Origin: Pseudomonadota bacterium
Lineage (GTDB): Bacteria > Bdellovibrionota_C > UBA2361 > OMII01
DNA: 62,544 bases
Assembly (NCBI GenBank): GCA_038134595.1
Contig: JAYPVM010000014.1
Coordinates: 1 to 62,544, forward strand
Reading direction: 5' to 3'
Under the pieces are notes generated by a model, which was not told the origin of the DNA, did no database searches, and saw only the letters and a program-made list of their open reading frames with translations. Both the position numbers and the translations under genes were made by a program. Below, piece by piece: positions 48,907 to 59,264 of this stretch. Positions within the stretch are counted from its first letter, which is position 1; every line of letters begins with the position of its first letter.

Positions 48907-50412
48907 ATGACTCATCAACCACAAACCTATTATATCACAACGCCGATTTATTACGTTAACGGCACGCCTCATATTGGTCACGGTTACACCTCGGTGGTGG
49001 CTGATTTTTTTACTAGGTTTTACAAGCAACGAGGAATGCAGACTTATTTTCTCTCTGGGACAGACGAACACGGTCAGAAGGTTGCACAATCTGCAGAAAG
49101 TGCCGGAGAATTACCAATTGCGTGGTGCGACAAACACTCAGCTCTCTTTAAAGATATGAATTCTTATCTGTTAGCAGAGACAGATGATTTTATCCGCACT
49201 ACTGAACAGCGACATAAATCGTATGTTCAAAAAATCTGGAGTTCTCTTGAGGAGCGAGGGTGGATCTACAAAGGAACGTACAACGGATGGTACTCGGTTC
49301 GGGATGAAGCGTTCTATGGAGAAGATGAAATTGTTGACGGGAAAGCTCCAACGGGCGCGCCGGTAGAGTGGCGCGAAGAGGAATCGTACTTTTTTAAACT
49401 CTCTGCGTTCAATGAAATATTGTCAGCATGGTTTGAAAGCCGACCTGACTTTGTTTTTCCTCCGGGTCGATTTAATGAGATAAAGTCATTTGTGCAAAGT
49501 GACCTTCGAGACTTGTCGATATCGAGGAGTAGCTTCTCGTGGGGTATTCCGATTCCAGAGACCGACCATGTCATGTACGTGTGGCTTGATGCACTTTTTA
49601 ACTATCAGTCGGCCCTTGTCTCTAAGGATAAGTTTGAAACCTTCTGGAAGGGAGATAAGGTTGTCCACCTTGTTGGCAAAGATATTCTGCGCTTTCATTC
49701 GGTGTATTGGCCGGCATTCCTTGCGGCGTTAGAATGTACGCCTGAAACGCTTTCTGTTGAAGCGCTAGAAAAAGCGTGTGGCAATATGCAGATAGTGGCA
49801 CACGGATGGTGGTTGTCAGAGGGAGAGAAGATGTCTAAATCTCTCGGAAATACGATTGATCCCAAAGAAATCGTCGCAGAATTTGGGGCAGATTATTTGA
49901 GGTACTTTCTTCTGCGAGAGCCTTCTTTCGGAGGAGATGGAAATTTTACCCGCGACGGATTTGCCCTGCGGATTAATGGGGAGTTGATAAACAACATCGG
50001 TAATCTCTGTCAGAGAACATTTGCGCTTACGCACAAAAACTGCGACTCGAAGGTGCCAGATGTGACTGTTTCGCACCCCCTCGTTGAAACTGCACTTCTA
50101 GATGAGATGACAACACTGGTTGCCGAATACAAATTAAACCAAGCGATAGAGGTAGTATTACAGTACGCATCGAAAGCAAATGAGTTCGTGCAAGAGACCA
50201 AGCCGTGGGCGCTCTTTAAAAATGGTGAAGAGCAGAAAGGAAAAGAAAGTTTGTACGTGTTGCTTCATGCGATCTATATGATCAAAGAGGCGATGTATCC
50301 AATCTTACCAGAGTTTCACGCAAGGCTTTCGGAGGTTTTTGGGAATAAGCCCTTTGAGAGAGGCATGGTATTACAGCCGCTGCCGAAGGTATTTGAGCAG
50401 GTTGAGCTGTAG
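48907..50412 (+). CDS. metG: Methionine--tRNA ligase (short form)
   Basis: YITTPIYYVNG.PHIGH, GTDEHGQK, YVWLDAL, GKDILRFH, KMSKS. Confidence 0.97.
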   Translation: MTHQPQTYYITTPIYYVNGTPHIGHGYTSVVADFFTRFYKQRGMQTYFLSGTDEHGQKVAQSAESAGELPIAWCDKHSALFKDMNSYLLAETDDFIRTTEQRHKSYVQKIWSSLEERGWIYKGTYNGWYSVRDEAFYGEDEIVDGKAPTGAPVEWREEESYFFKLSAFNEILSAWFESRPDFVFPPGRFNEIKSFVQSDLRDLSISRSSFSWGIPIPETDHVMYVWLDALFNYQSALVSKDKFETFWKGDKVVHLVGKDILRFHSVYWPAFLAALECTPETLSVEALEKACGNMQIVAHGWWLSEGEKMSKSLGNTIDPKEIVAEFGADYLRYFLLREPSFGGDGNFTRDGFALRINGELINNIGNLCQRTFALTHKNCDSKVPDVTVSHPLVETALLDEMTTLVAEYKLNQAIEVVLQYASKANEFVQETKPWALFKNGEEQKGKESLYVLLHAIYMIKEAMYPILPEFHARLSEVFGNKPFERGMVLQPLPKVFEQVEL

Positions 50413-50907
50413 TCAACAAAGTGCAGTGATCTTTAGGCGCGGTTCGGCATGTAGCCCCCCAAAGCGTATCCTGATAATTGAAGCGGCTGTCGTACCGATC
50501 CGAGTGATTGCGACCTCGTGGGTGCAATCGTATAGGCTCCGAAACCTACCTTAATTTCGTTTTAATGTTTGGGTTTTATTGCATAAGGTTGCTTTTTATT
50601 TAGTCCTCAGACCCTCCGTTTGTTCGTCGCCTTGTTGTATCGCAATGATTAATTTAGCTAGCGAATTATTGAAGCTCGTCCTGATGATTGGAAACACTTT
50701 CTAGTCGATAATTGCAGGTGAGGATGGGCAGCAGAGCTCACTATTTTACGCCAAAACAAGTGAGTGTCGATAGCTGCATAGCAGATGCAACTACGACTTC
50801 TGGTCAAGCAAGAACTACCTCCCGATGAGGCGAAGAAGCCAATCGAAATCTCTATGGCGATTCAGCCTAGGTCGAGAAGCTTAAGGATTAAAACTTATAA
50901 TGATACC

Positions 50908-52476
50908 CTATGCATTTCCCGCAGAGGGTGGTGTTATACGCCCAGCACCGTTGGATTTACGGTTCACTGTTGGTTGAACTTCGCCCAAGAACTCAGGGAG
51001 CTCCACTCCTGCTTGTCTGGCTAGATCATGCACAGGGGGAAGGGCCCCAATCATGCTTCGCATGAAATTGGCGGTGCTACTGCCATCTTTACCGTTACCA
51101 GCACCATCCCAAACCGTAATTTTATCGATTTTTAGATTTTGAATCGCTTTAACCTGCTGTTCAACCAACTGGGGTAACTGCTCCACCATAAGCAGAGTTG
51201 GCGCCAGTTCTTTCTTGTCACCGACGGTGGCTAAGAGATTGCGGTACCCTTCAGCCTTTGCATCGAGGACTTTGCGAATACCCTGAGCTTCAGCTTCGAA
51301 TTTGGCCAAAATTGCATCGGCCTCTCCACGAGCGATTCGTCGCTTTTTCTCGGCTTCGGCTTCAGCCATGATCTCTACTCTCTGTCGATCTATCTCTTCC
51401 TTGACAATTTCTTCCTTTTGTAAACGAGCAAGCTCTTGCATTTTCTGCGCTTCAAAAACTTGCTTTTCGGCCTTAGCAAGGGCGACTTCACCACGCTGCT
51501 TGGCTTCGGCTTGTTTCTCTTTGAGAGTTGCATCGTAATCTGCGATCGACGCTTTGGCTTCGTTTTCGCCCTTTACAGACTCGGCTTCCTGAGTAGCAAC
51601 GAAAACTCTTTCGGCTTTCTCCGCTTCCTTTTTACCTTGTTCTGCAACCGCACTTTCTTGTGCCTGTGCTACCTCACGCTCTCGCAAGGCTGCAGCTTCT
51701 CCAGCAACTCCCTCAGCGTCGTATTTGGCAACGGCTACACGCTGATCTCGCTCTGCCTGCTTGCGGCCCATCTCTCCTTGAGCTAGTTGTTTGGCGACCA
51801 TCACCTCTCGTTCTCGCACCGCTGATGATTCTCCAATTGCCCCTTCCTTTTCTTGTTCAGCAACTTCAACTCGCGCCTTGTTGATCGCCTCAGCCGCAGC
51901 TTTTTTTCCGATCGCCTCGATATAGCCAGATTCGTCCGTGATATCTCGAATGTTTACGTTAATTACATCGAGCCCGATTTTATTTAGCTCTAGGTTTACA
52001 TTCTTGTTGACAAGGTCTAAGAACTTCTCCCGATCCTGATTGATTTCTTCAATCGCCAGAGTGGCAATAACTAAACGCATTTGTCCAAGAATAATATCCT
52101 GAGCCTGAGCACTGATTTCGGGGATGGATAATCCTAGCAGACGCTCAGCGGCGTTAGTCATGATATTCGGTCGGGTAGAAATTCCTACTGTGAATGTCGA
52201 TGGTACATTCACGCGGATATTTTTCATTGAGAGGGCTGACCGAAGGTCAATTTCTATGGTGATGGGCTCAAGGCTTAAAAAAGTATAATCTTGTATTAAA
52301 GGCCACACGAAAGCACCGCCGCCGTGAATGCAATTAGCGGACTTCGAACCACCAACGCTACCATATATTACTAGAATCCTATTTGACGGACATCGCTGGT
52401 ATTGTGTGTTGACGAAGATACCTGCAAATAGCAGAAGCAAAACGATAACTAAAAAGGGCATTAAACCTAACAACAT
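50908..52476 (-). CDS. Flotillin family (SPFH) protein
   Basis: N-terminal TM, HGGGAFVWP, INQDREKF, NIRDITD, long AE-rich coiled coil, IDKITVWD. Confidence 0.93.
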   Translation of the reverse strand: MLLGLMPFLVIVLLLLFAGIFVNTQYQRCPSNRILVIYGSVGGSKSANCIHGGGAFVWPLIQDYTFLSLEPITIEIDLRSALSMKNIRVNVPSTFTVGISTRPNIMTNAAERLLGLSIPEISAQAQDIILGQMRLVIATLAIEEINQDREKFLDLVNKNVNLELNKIGLDVINVNIRDITDESGYIEAIGKKAAAEAINKARVEVAEQEKEGAIGESSAVREREVMVAKQLAQGEMGRKQAERDQRVAVAKYDAEGVAGEAAALREREVAQAQESAVAEQGKKEAEKAERVFVATQEAESVKGENEAKASIADYDATLKEKQAEAKQRGEVALAKAEKQVFEAQKMQELARLQKEEIVKEEIDRQRVEIMAEAEAEKKRRIARGEADAILAKFEAEAQGIRKVLDAKAEGYRNLLATVGDKKELAPTLLMVEQLPQLVEQQVKAIQNLKIDKITVWDGAGNGKDGSSTANFMRSMIGALPPVHDLARQAGVELPEFLGEVQPTVNRKSNGAGRITPPSAGNA

Positions 52477-52509
52477 GTGATCACTCCTTCTAAATAGGTG
52501 GGATTCAAA

Positions 52510-53094
52510 TTACTCTGCACGAACGATAAGATTACCAGACTCGTCAACGTCGGTCACATAAACCGTACTAAAGGAAGTTATGGGACCGTTCTCACTAAAG
52601 GCATTGAGGATTTGTTGTTTTCCGTTCACAGTCAACTCAACCTGGCCCATGCCCTGACCCTTTTCTGGAATCTGAGTGTACGTGCGGCCGCGTAATCCGA
52701 TCGCATTCATCATATCATTGGAGCCAGCTGAATTTAATCCTTTAATCTTCGTCATTAACCAGGCATTCAGTAACATCATCGCAAAACCGAAGACCACAGC
52801 AACAATAGCTGAGTGCGATTTGGCTAGGCTCCATTCCTCGCTACAGGCCAACCCCATCCATCCGACTCCCATGCAGAAAGCAAGAACAGATTGGACAGAC
52901 AAAATCTCAAAAGCCTCACTGCCTGTCAGATGACTTTCGGCATCGCCGTCAAATGAGACATCAAACCCATCCCCTGCGTTACCACTGTCTGCATCACTGC
53001 CGACCAACAAAAGAATTGTTTTCACCAAAAAAAGAGCGGTGCCGCCGATAGCAATAGAAAAATAAAAGGGCTGGGCTTGATATAGCTCGAACAA
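52510..53094 (-). CDS. NfeD-like membrane protein (flotillin partner)
   Basis: TM segments, acidic loop, C-terminal OB-fold IG..G..Y..IP..G.G.V; directly upstream of flotillin. Confidence 0.85.
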   Translation of the reverse strand: MFELYQAQPFYFSIAIGGTALFLVKTILLLVGSDADSGNAGDGFDVSFDGDAESHLTGSEAFEILSVQSVLAFCMGVGWMGLACSEEWSLAKSHSAIVAVVFGFAMMLLNAWLMTKIKGLNSAGSNDMMNAIGLRGRTYTQIPEKGQGMGQVELTVNGKQQILNAFSENGPITSFSTVYVTDVDESGNLIVRAE

Positions 53095-53518
53095 GATAAC
53101 CTCCTTTCAGAGTGATTTGCACGACAACGTTGTTTATTTAGAACTTATCTTGCAAGCCCACTACAACGCTACTCAACGAGTGTAAAGTCCTTTCCAGCAA
53201 GAAGCAATACAAAGTCGTTAACCTGGCCACGGTCTCGAACAACAGTAAAGCTCAGATAAAACAACATTCGGAGATTTGTGCCAAATATGCTCTAGGTGTG
53301 ACTACAATCGCTAGTGCTTATTAATAGTTAGCTCAATTCACTTTTAGCAAGTAGTTGAACCGCGGTGGTCGACCGAATCATGAGGCCTTGGAACCCCTAG
53401 CAAGGTATCAAGTAAGGGTGGAAATTGTGAGTCTCTAGCTCGGATTTAGGGTTTCAACGGTCGCGGTCGAGCCGAAGCTGTGCCGCTAAGTCGCGAAAAA
53501 TAGCATTTCACATACCCT

Positions 53519-53554
53519 CCTGCCTTTCCGTCACAGAGGAGGCGGAAAGGCAGG
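53519..53554. terminator. Strong GC-rich hairpin (terminator-like or RNA element)
   Basis: CCTGCCTTTCCG-12 nt-CGGAAAGGCAGG perfect 12-bp stem; no adjacent U-tract. Confidence 0.4.
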
Positions 53555-53761
53555 GGTGCGTGTCTTACACCATCTTTGGTAACTTAGCTCGCCTTTCCAG
53601 GCTCTCTCTGCACCTTTGAAACCATAGCGAGGTATGACAGACCACGCATTTCTACCCTCGCTTGACCCACTTCGGCAGAATGAGAACCGACCAACCACCA
53701 CCGCTCACCTACTTATAGAAAAGCGATCGATCTTCTTAGCAATACAGACTTTCTCTCCGAA

Positions 53762-55870
53762 TTACGTGTTGCTTCCGCCTAGCTTCTTCGCCTTCCAGGA
53801 ATAGCGGACAACTTTGGTGCCCTGATCGCTTTCGAACGTAGCGACAGATGATCCAGTCATTGAGAGCCCGTCTTTGGACATCTCAGCTGTATTTTCAATC
53901 ACACCGTCTCTGACAGAAACGCTAAACGTCAAGGTCGACGCGCCTGACTCATCAAAGTCCTGCTTTCCTTTAAAGCGATTAAACTGTAGCACCTCCAACG
54001 GCGTTATGTACGCCCCCTCTTGGTAGCCAAACATTAACTCAGAAAATGTACTTCCAGAGACTTTGCCATTCCGGGTTGTAAGCGCGAAATAGCCCGTGCG
54101 GCCATTGATCTCATCATCACCACTCAAGCTCCAGCTCCACAGTCCATCACTGCCCGGCAGCTCTCTTTTGTCCGAGGGCTTCTTTGATTCGTCGCCTTGC
54201 TCATTCGCGGAAGTCTCTGAGACTACGTCAGAGGCGCGATCAACCCCGAGCCCAGATTGCGCCGGAGGAGAGAATTCAACATGCTTCTTCATGAGCTCAA
54301 GTTGCGAGTCGCTACCCTCCGAACCCCAGTCAATCGAGCGGCCCGATGTGCGTACTCCGTCAACTACCCGAGTGAATCCACGCGCGACCTCAATCGAGCG
54401 ATTCTTGTGATCAATCGAGTCAGGCGTATAGAAGAGCTCGGTAATCCCAACCTCCTCGAGAGTTCTTACCTCTCCCGCGTCTGATACAGCGTCTTGGTCA
54501 GCGTCGAACCAAAGCGCCAGAGGGCTCAGCTCCTCGCCTGCGATCTTACCATCTCTATTGGCATCCAGTGATCCAAGCGCCTCGAATCCATGCTTCCAGT
54601 AGCGAGGCGTATCCCCAGAAAAGCTGACCGGTTTAAACTGAGCCTGATTGCCGACTCCACCAAAGGTCGAGGGGCCGAACAACTGCTTCGCGGATTCTAT
54701 CCTGCCAGTGTGAGCAGGATCGTACACAAGGAGTGGAGCCTTGCTTGATCCCTTCCACGTCCAAAATCGGGTAGATACGCGCTCGCTCAGCGGAAACTCA
54801 ACGATCGAAATATTGTTGTGGATGTTATAGGAGGAGTCGAGCACGAGTGATATGGGCGTGTCGCTGTAGCCGTAGAACTTGATTGTTTCGGTACTTGTGC
54901 CACACCGTTGATTTACGTCGGACTGCAATATCATTGAACAACCATCTTTGGCCATCACGAGGCTGCCGAGGGCGCAACCCTTGAGCGTATCTTGATGTCT
55001 ATTGCCACCGCGACCGTTTCCACCGAATCCCACGTTATCATCGTGCGTGGCGCCGCCCCAGAAGCTACATTTGATGAAATTCCTGTTTGCTAAGTAATTG
55101 GCGTAGCTCTTTGTCACGGGATCGTACGCCTCAGTGTAGTTTGTCATGCAGGTGAACCACTCCTCATACATCTGGTAATTAGCGAGGTTTGATGGTTCTT
55201 TGAGCTTTTGACTGGACGACGGATTTTGCACGTAGAGTGGAGTGGTTTGTTTTTGCCACGTGGCAGGAGCCCATGCGATACAAGACCTGTTTCTACCTAC
55301 CTGTTGGTATTGGGTGCAGGCGCCAGGAACAAGAACCTCATCCACGAGGGAGTATGTATCTCCGGCAGGATACGGTTTGTCAGCGCAAACTCCCCGTGTC
55401 TTTTGAAGCATCAGTAGCCACATAATGCCCATAAGCTTCTCGGAGTTATTATTATCCTTTCCGGGTAGGTAGTATCCGGAGTAATTGCCAGCGAAAATAT
55501 CCTTAGTTTCATTCAGAATGTAGGCGCCATTGTTGTACGCCAAGTTCTCCGCGTATGTGGCGGACGATGGGGGAACAGCGTATTGCAGCTGCTGTATAAG
55601 CTGGATTCCGCAGGCATGGGTAGTATTGCTACTCTGAAAACCGGAAAGGATATACTCGCTCTTCCATTTGTTGCCGCCAGCGTTTAAAAAGTCGAGCGTA
55701 AAGCACCCTGGAATTGGAGTGCTCGTAGGGGGAGGGAGAGGACTAGGTGTAACGGGATGAGTATTAGAATTGCGTATTGCTTCAGCTACCTGTTGACCGT
55801 AGCTATCGAGAGCTTGGCATGCGAATACAAGCATTCCTGACAGCAACCAAATTATCTTACACTCTCTCAT
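53762..55870 (-). CDS. Secreted Cys-rich protein with FrpC self-processing-module-like Ca2+-binding domain
   Basis: ATG 55870 with SD GAGGAG and signal peptide; DTPISLVLD...QLFG...GFEALGSLDANRDGKI...LALWFDADQDAVSDAGEVRTLEEVGITEL. Confidence 0.7.
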   Translation of the reverse strand: MRECKIIWLLSGMLVFACQALDSYGQQVAEAIRNSNTHPVTPSPLPPPTSTPIPGCFTLDFLNAGGNKWKSEYILSGFQSSNTTHACGIQLIQQLQYAVPPSSATYAENLAYNNGAYILNETKDIFAGNYSGYYLPGKDNNNSEKLMGIMWLLMLQKTRGVCADKPYPAGDTYSLVDEVLVPGACTQYQQVGRNRSCIAWAPATWQKQTTPLYVQNPSSSQKLKEPSNLANYQMYEEWFTCMTNYTEAYDPVTKSYANYLANRNFIKCSFWGGATHDDNVGFGGNGRGGNRHQDTLKGCALGSLVMAKDGCSMILQSDVNQRCGTSTETIKFYGYSDTPISLVLDSSYNIHNNISIVEFPLSERVSTRFWTWKGSSKAPLLVYDPAHTGRIESAKQLFGPSTFGGVGNQAQFKPVSFSGDTPRYWKHGFEALGSLDANRDGKIAGEELSPLALWFDADQDAVSDAGEVRTLEEVGITELFYTPDSIDHKNRSIEVARGFTRVVDGVRTSGRSIDWGSEGSDSQLELMKKHVEFSPPAQSGLGVDRASDVVSETSANEQGDESKKPSDKRELPGSDGLWSWSLSGDDEINGRTGYFALTTRNGKVSGSTFSELMFGYQEGAYITPLEVLQFNRFKGKQDFDESGASTLTFSVSVRDGVIENTAEMSKDGLSMTGSSVATFESDQGTKVVRYSWKAKKLGGSNT

Positions 55871-56036
55871 CTCAGGTCTCCTCATTGATGGTTGAAGAGG
55901 GATATCGGAGGTTCGACTTAAAACCTTGAGTGAAATTTGATAACTAGTGGCAATAGGTGACAATTCCTGAGGTATCCCCACGAATATTCAAAGAAAAAAC
56001 ATTTGAGCAAGTTGCATTCTAACTTTTTGCCATTCA

Positions 56037-57809
56037 TTAACTATCGAGACCGTACGCTAGCCATGCTCCCGAGAAGCTTCCAATGGTAATAGTATCGCTT
56101 GAAAACTCTACCTGACCAACCGCTAGCTCCTGAGAAAAACTTGAGGGAAGAGTGAGTGCAGAGTGTGGTACAGTAATAGATGTGTCGGCGAGATTAAGAA
56201 ATGTGATCAACGTTTTTTCTGGCAGAATATACCGTGCGATAAAGAACTGATCGGAGAATAGAGGAGACTCGATTCGTTCAGGATGTGTTGTAGACATGTC
56301 GGAAAACTTTTTCCGACATTGGAAGATACTCCCCACGATAGATTGAAGTTTTTTTTCCTTATCTGATTGTTTCTCCTGAACGCTAATAGGCGCACGATTT
56401 ATATCTCTTGTGTCATGGGAGATGGTAAGGTTTGTTTGGCTACTGTTTTGTTTGAGTGCGGTTTGTTTATTCATAAAGGTTACATCATCTTCTGCCCCGT
56501 ATTCATCTCCGTAATAAAGCAACACAGCTCCCGGAAGACTGCACATGAGAAAAAGAGCCCCGATGTGCTTTGTCTCTGACGCTCCGAGTAATGAGAACAG
56601 CCTTCCCGAGCGACCATAGTTCTCCCGAAAGGGAAGGCCTCTATCTGAAAGTGCTGTTTGAAGAAGTCTTATCTCTTCTGGCTTTGCAAATTCAAAACTC
56701 AGTTCATCATGAGTACGCAAAAACGTGATCCAATTTCCGCCATTGGTTTCGATGTTCGATGCTACGAGCCGTTCCCAGATGCCATCAACTTTTCCCCCAA
56801 GAAGTGCACAAAAAAGAGCCTTTGAGAGTTGAAAGTTGTAAGCGAGGTCCGCCCGCCGTGGACGGAAAGAGCCATTAAAATATGGCACTACCTCATCGAT
56901 TACCTGTGAGGCTTCTGCTAAAAAGACGCTATCTCCGTTTATGTGTGCGACTAGCTCTCGCAGAGCTTCAACGATCAAAAAATTAGTGGATTGTTCTTGA
57001 GTTGAATCAAAGTACCAATTCTTACCGATATATTCGATTGCATCGAGTCTAAATGAGAATCCTTTGCGTGCCCAAAACGTGAGGATCGAAGCAAATTCGA
57101 AAAACACCCTTGGATTGCAAAAGTTGACATCGAGCTGTTGCGGGTAGAACGTATGATAGTACCACCTCCCGTCGGCAGCTTTTCTCCAGTGTGGAAATTC
57201 ACCTACTTGCTCAGGAAACATGATTCGGACGTGTCGCTCTTTATCCTGCTCATTATATACAGCCCAGACGCCGGCTGAATTTTCATAGGTATGCGAGAAG
57301 GGTGGGGGAGTATCGCGACTAATAAAGTAGTCTTGTTTTACGGTATCGCCGGCAATGGCAGAGAGAAACCACGGGTGCTGGTCAGAGATATGGTTTAAGA
57401 TAATATCCATGAAGGGACGAATGTTGTGTGATTTGCATTTGGCGAGAAATTCTTCGATCGCTTCATTGCCGCCTAGTTCTCTTCGAACCGTCGTATAGTC
57501 TGACACATCAAAACCTGCATCAATCAGAGGTGAGCTGAGGAAGGGGAGTACGTGAATGGCGGTGCAACCAAGATCGGCGATACGGGGAATCTCAGAGCAA
57601 AGAGAGCGAAAGTTTCCATTGTGAGAATTTGAGCAAAACGAATCTGCGTATGTGACATAAAGAATTGAGTGGCGGTGCCAGGAGGCTTTATCTCCCGTGG
57701 TTTGAGATAAGCCATATGGCGAAAGGAGTGAACTCGAAATTTGGGCAGATAGCTTACTGCCTTCTACTTCGCCGTAAATTGCTTGCAACAGACTTTCAAG
57801 GTGTTTCAT
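56037..57809 (-). CDS. GH13 alpha-amylase family enzyme (TreS/amylosucrase/sugar-phosphorylase-like)
   Basis: DAGFDVSDY, DIILNHISDQHPWF, FRLDA, LAEA, RTHDEL, LYYGDE. Confidence 0.9.
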   Translation of the reverse strand: MKHLESLLQAIYGEVEGSKLSAQISSSLLSPYGLSQTTGDKASWHRHSILYVTYADSFCSNSHNGNFRSLCSEIPRIADLGCTAIHVLPFLSSPLIDAGFDVSDYTTVRRELGGNEAIEEFLAKCKSHNIRPFMDIILNHISDQHPWFLSAIAGDTVKQDYFISRDTPPPFSHTYENSAGVWAVYNEQDKERHVRIMFPEQVGEFPHWRKAADGRWYYHTFYPQQLDVNFCNPRVFFEFASILTFWARKGFSFRLDAIEYIGKNWYFDSTQEQSTNFLIVEALRELVAHINGDSVFLAEASQVIDEVVPYFNGSFRPRRADLAYNFQLSKALFCALLGGKVDGIWERLVASNIETNGGNWITFLRTHDELSFEFAKPEEIRLLQTALSDRGLPFRENYGRSGRLFSLLGASETKHIGALFLMCSLPGAVLLYYGDEYGAEDDVTFMNKQTALKQNSSQTNLTISHDTRDINRAPISVQEKQSDKEKKLQSIVGSIFQCRKKFSDMSTTHPERIESPLFSDQFFIARYILPEKTLITFLNLADTSITVPHSALTLPSSFSQELAVGQVEFSSDTITIGSFSGAWLAYGLDS

Positions 57810-57989
57810 ATCTATCAGCCATGAATTGTAGGTACTACTCGGATAGCCCTATTTATCACGTAATTTCAAATTATTACATACACAGGACAGTTGAAAGGAA
57901 CTGTAGGTTTTCTCGGATAAATCCCTACAATGCTTGACTAGTAATTCTTAAGACTGTGTGATACTAACATCGTTTTTTTTGTGGGAATT

Positions 57990-59255
57990 ATGGAGCCGTC
58001 ATCACCTAAAAGTCAGCGTAATCCTCTGGGCGTTTTTGAGCGTTTCAAGGCCCTATGGTCCTCGACACCGCTACCGCCTGTTCCAGCAGAAGAGCTGGCT
58101 AGACGAGGCGAGCCTAGGATGCTCATGTTGCAAAACGCTCAAGGTGCAAAGACCCACGTATCGATTGAGCGCCTGCCAGCTGCTCCCGGTATGAGAAATG
58201 TGGATAGCTTTTGTGCGGTTCAAAATACCCCTGATGGCATCCGGCACACCTTAGAATACGAGTTTACAGAAACTGATACCGGCGAGTTAAGTATCGAGGG
58301 AAAGCTATTTGAGCTGGGCGCGATGTCACGGTTTCCGAATACAACGGTTAGTTTCACTAAAACTTTATTAATGGAATTTTATCTCTCCAGCGACAGTGAA
58401 GAGCCACAAGAAGCGGCAAGAATCCGCCAGGCGGTATTTGGATTGAGTGAAGCATTTACTGAGGATGGTTGCTATGGGGTAGATGATTATGTGGGACAGT
58501 CAATATCTTCCTCGAAGTCTAATTTAGACTGGAAGCTCTACAGCGAGCGAATGAGGCGAGAGCAAGACGCCGCTGTGGGCGATGAGCCTCATGACGAGCG
58601 TTTCGGAGAAATTCCAAATAGTCGCCGAAGCTTTACACCAGAGCAGGTGGAGTATTTAGACAGGATATATGATGCCCTCCTGGCAATCGATGATTTATCC
58701 GTTGAGCAATATCAATCTCTTTATAGCCAGGGCTTTGTGATTGATCCGAGAGCAGATTTTAAGGAAGAGTTACGAGGGGCAAGCTCCGAACACGAGTCTT
58801 CAACTAATCTTTGGCACGGAGCTTTGTCCCGGAGTTTGCCGTTCAGTCGGGTTTGGCTTAATTTATTTTCCCCACATATCGAACAGAGTAATAGTGTACT
58901 AGTTGCTATACAGCTCCCATTTTCGAGAGCACCAAAGAGTGCTTCTCTAAAGAACTTGGTAATAGAAGTGCGGGGGCCTCGCAATAAGATGTTTTTCAGA
59001 GAAAAATATCGAGTGAAAGATAGTGAAAATGTATTGGCAATTGATCGTTATACGAATAACGATGAATTCTTTCGAAACTTATTCCGAGAGCTGCACGCAG
59101 TAAATCACTCTGCCTTCGAGGATGAGCGAAAAACAGCACATATCCTCGAGCTTCTTGAGATATACGGACTGACGGTAAAACCACACGGTTTTCTGACGCG
59201 ATTGAGCAGGGCATGGAGTATGGCATCTGCGTACTTCACGGGAATCCCAGCTTGA
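57990..59255 (+). CDS. Hypothetical protein
   Basis: About 420-aa ORF, no recognised motif; ATG at 57990 or GTG at 57981. Confidence 0.65.
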   Translation: MEPSSPKSQRNPLGVFERFKALWSSTPLPPVPAEELARRGEPRMLMLQNAQGAKTHVSIERLPAAPGMRNVDSFCAVQNTPDGIRHTLEYEFTETDTGELSIEGKLFELGAMSRFPNTTVSFTKTLLMEFYLSSDSEEPQEAARIRQAVFGLSEAFTEDGCYGVDDYVGQSISSSKSNLDWKLYSERMRREQDAAVGDEPHDERFGEIPNSRRSFTPEQVEYLDRIYDALLAIDDLSVEQYQSLYSQGFVIDPRADFKEELRGASSEHESSTNLWHGALSRSLPFSRVWLNLFSPHIEQSNSVLVAIQLPFSRAPKSASLKNLVIEVRGPRNKMFFREKYRVKDSENVLAIDRYTNNDEFFRNLFRELHAVNHSAFEDERKTAHILELLEIYGLTVKPHGFLTRLSRAWSMASAYFTGIPA

Positions 59256-59264
59256 GGGAACGGC

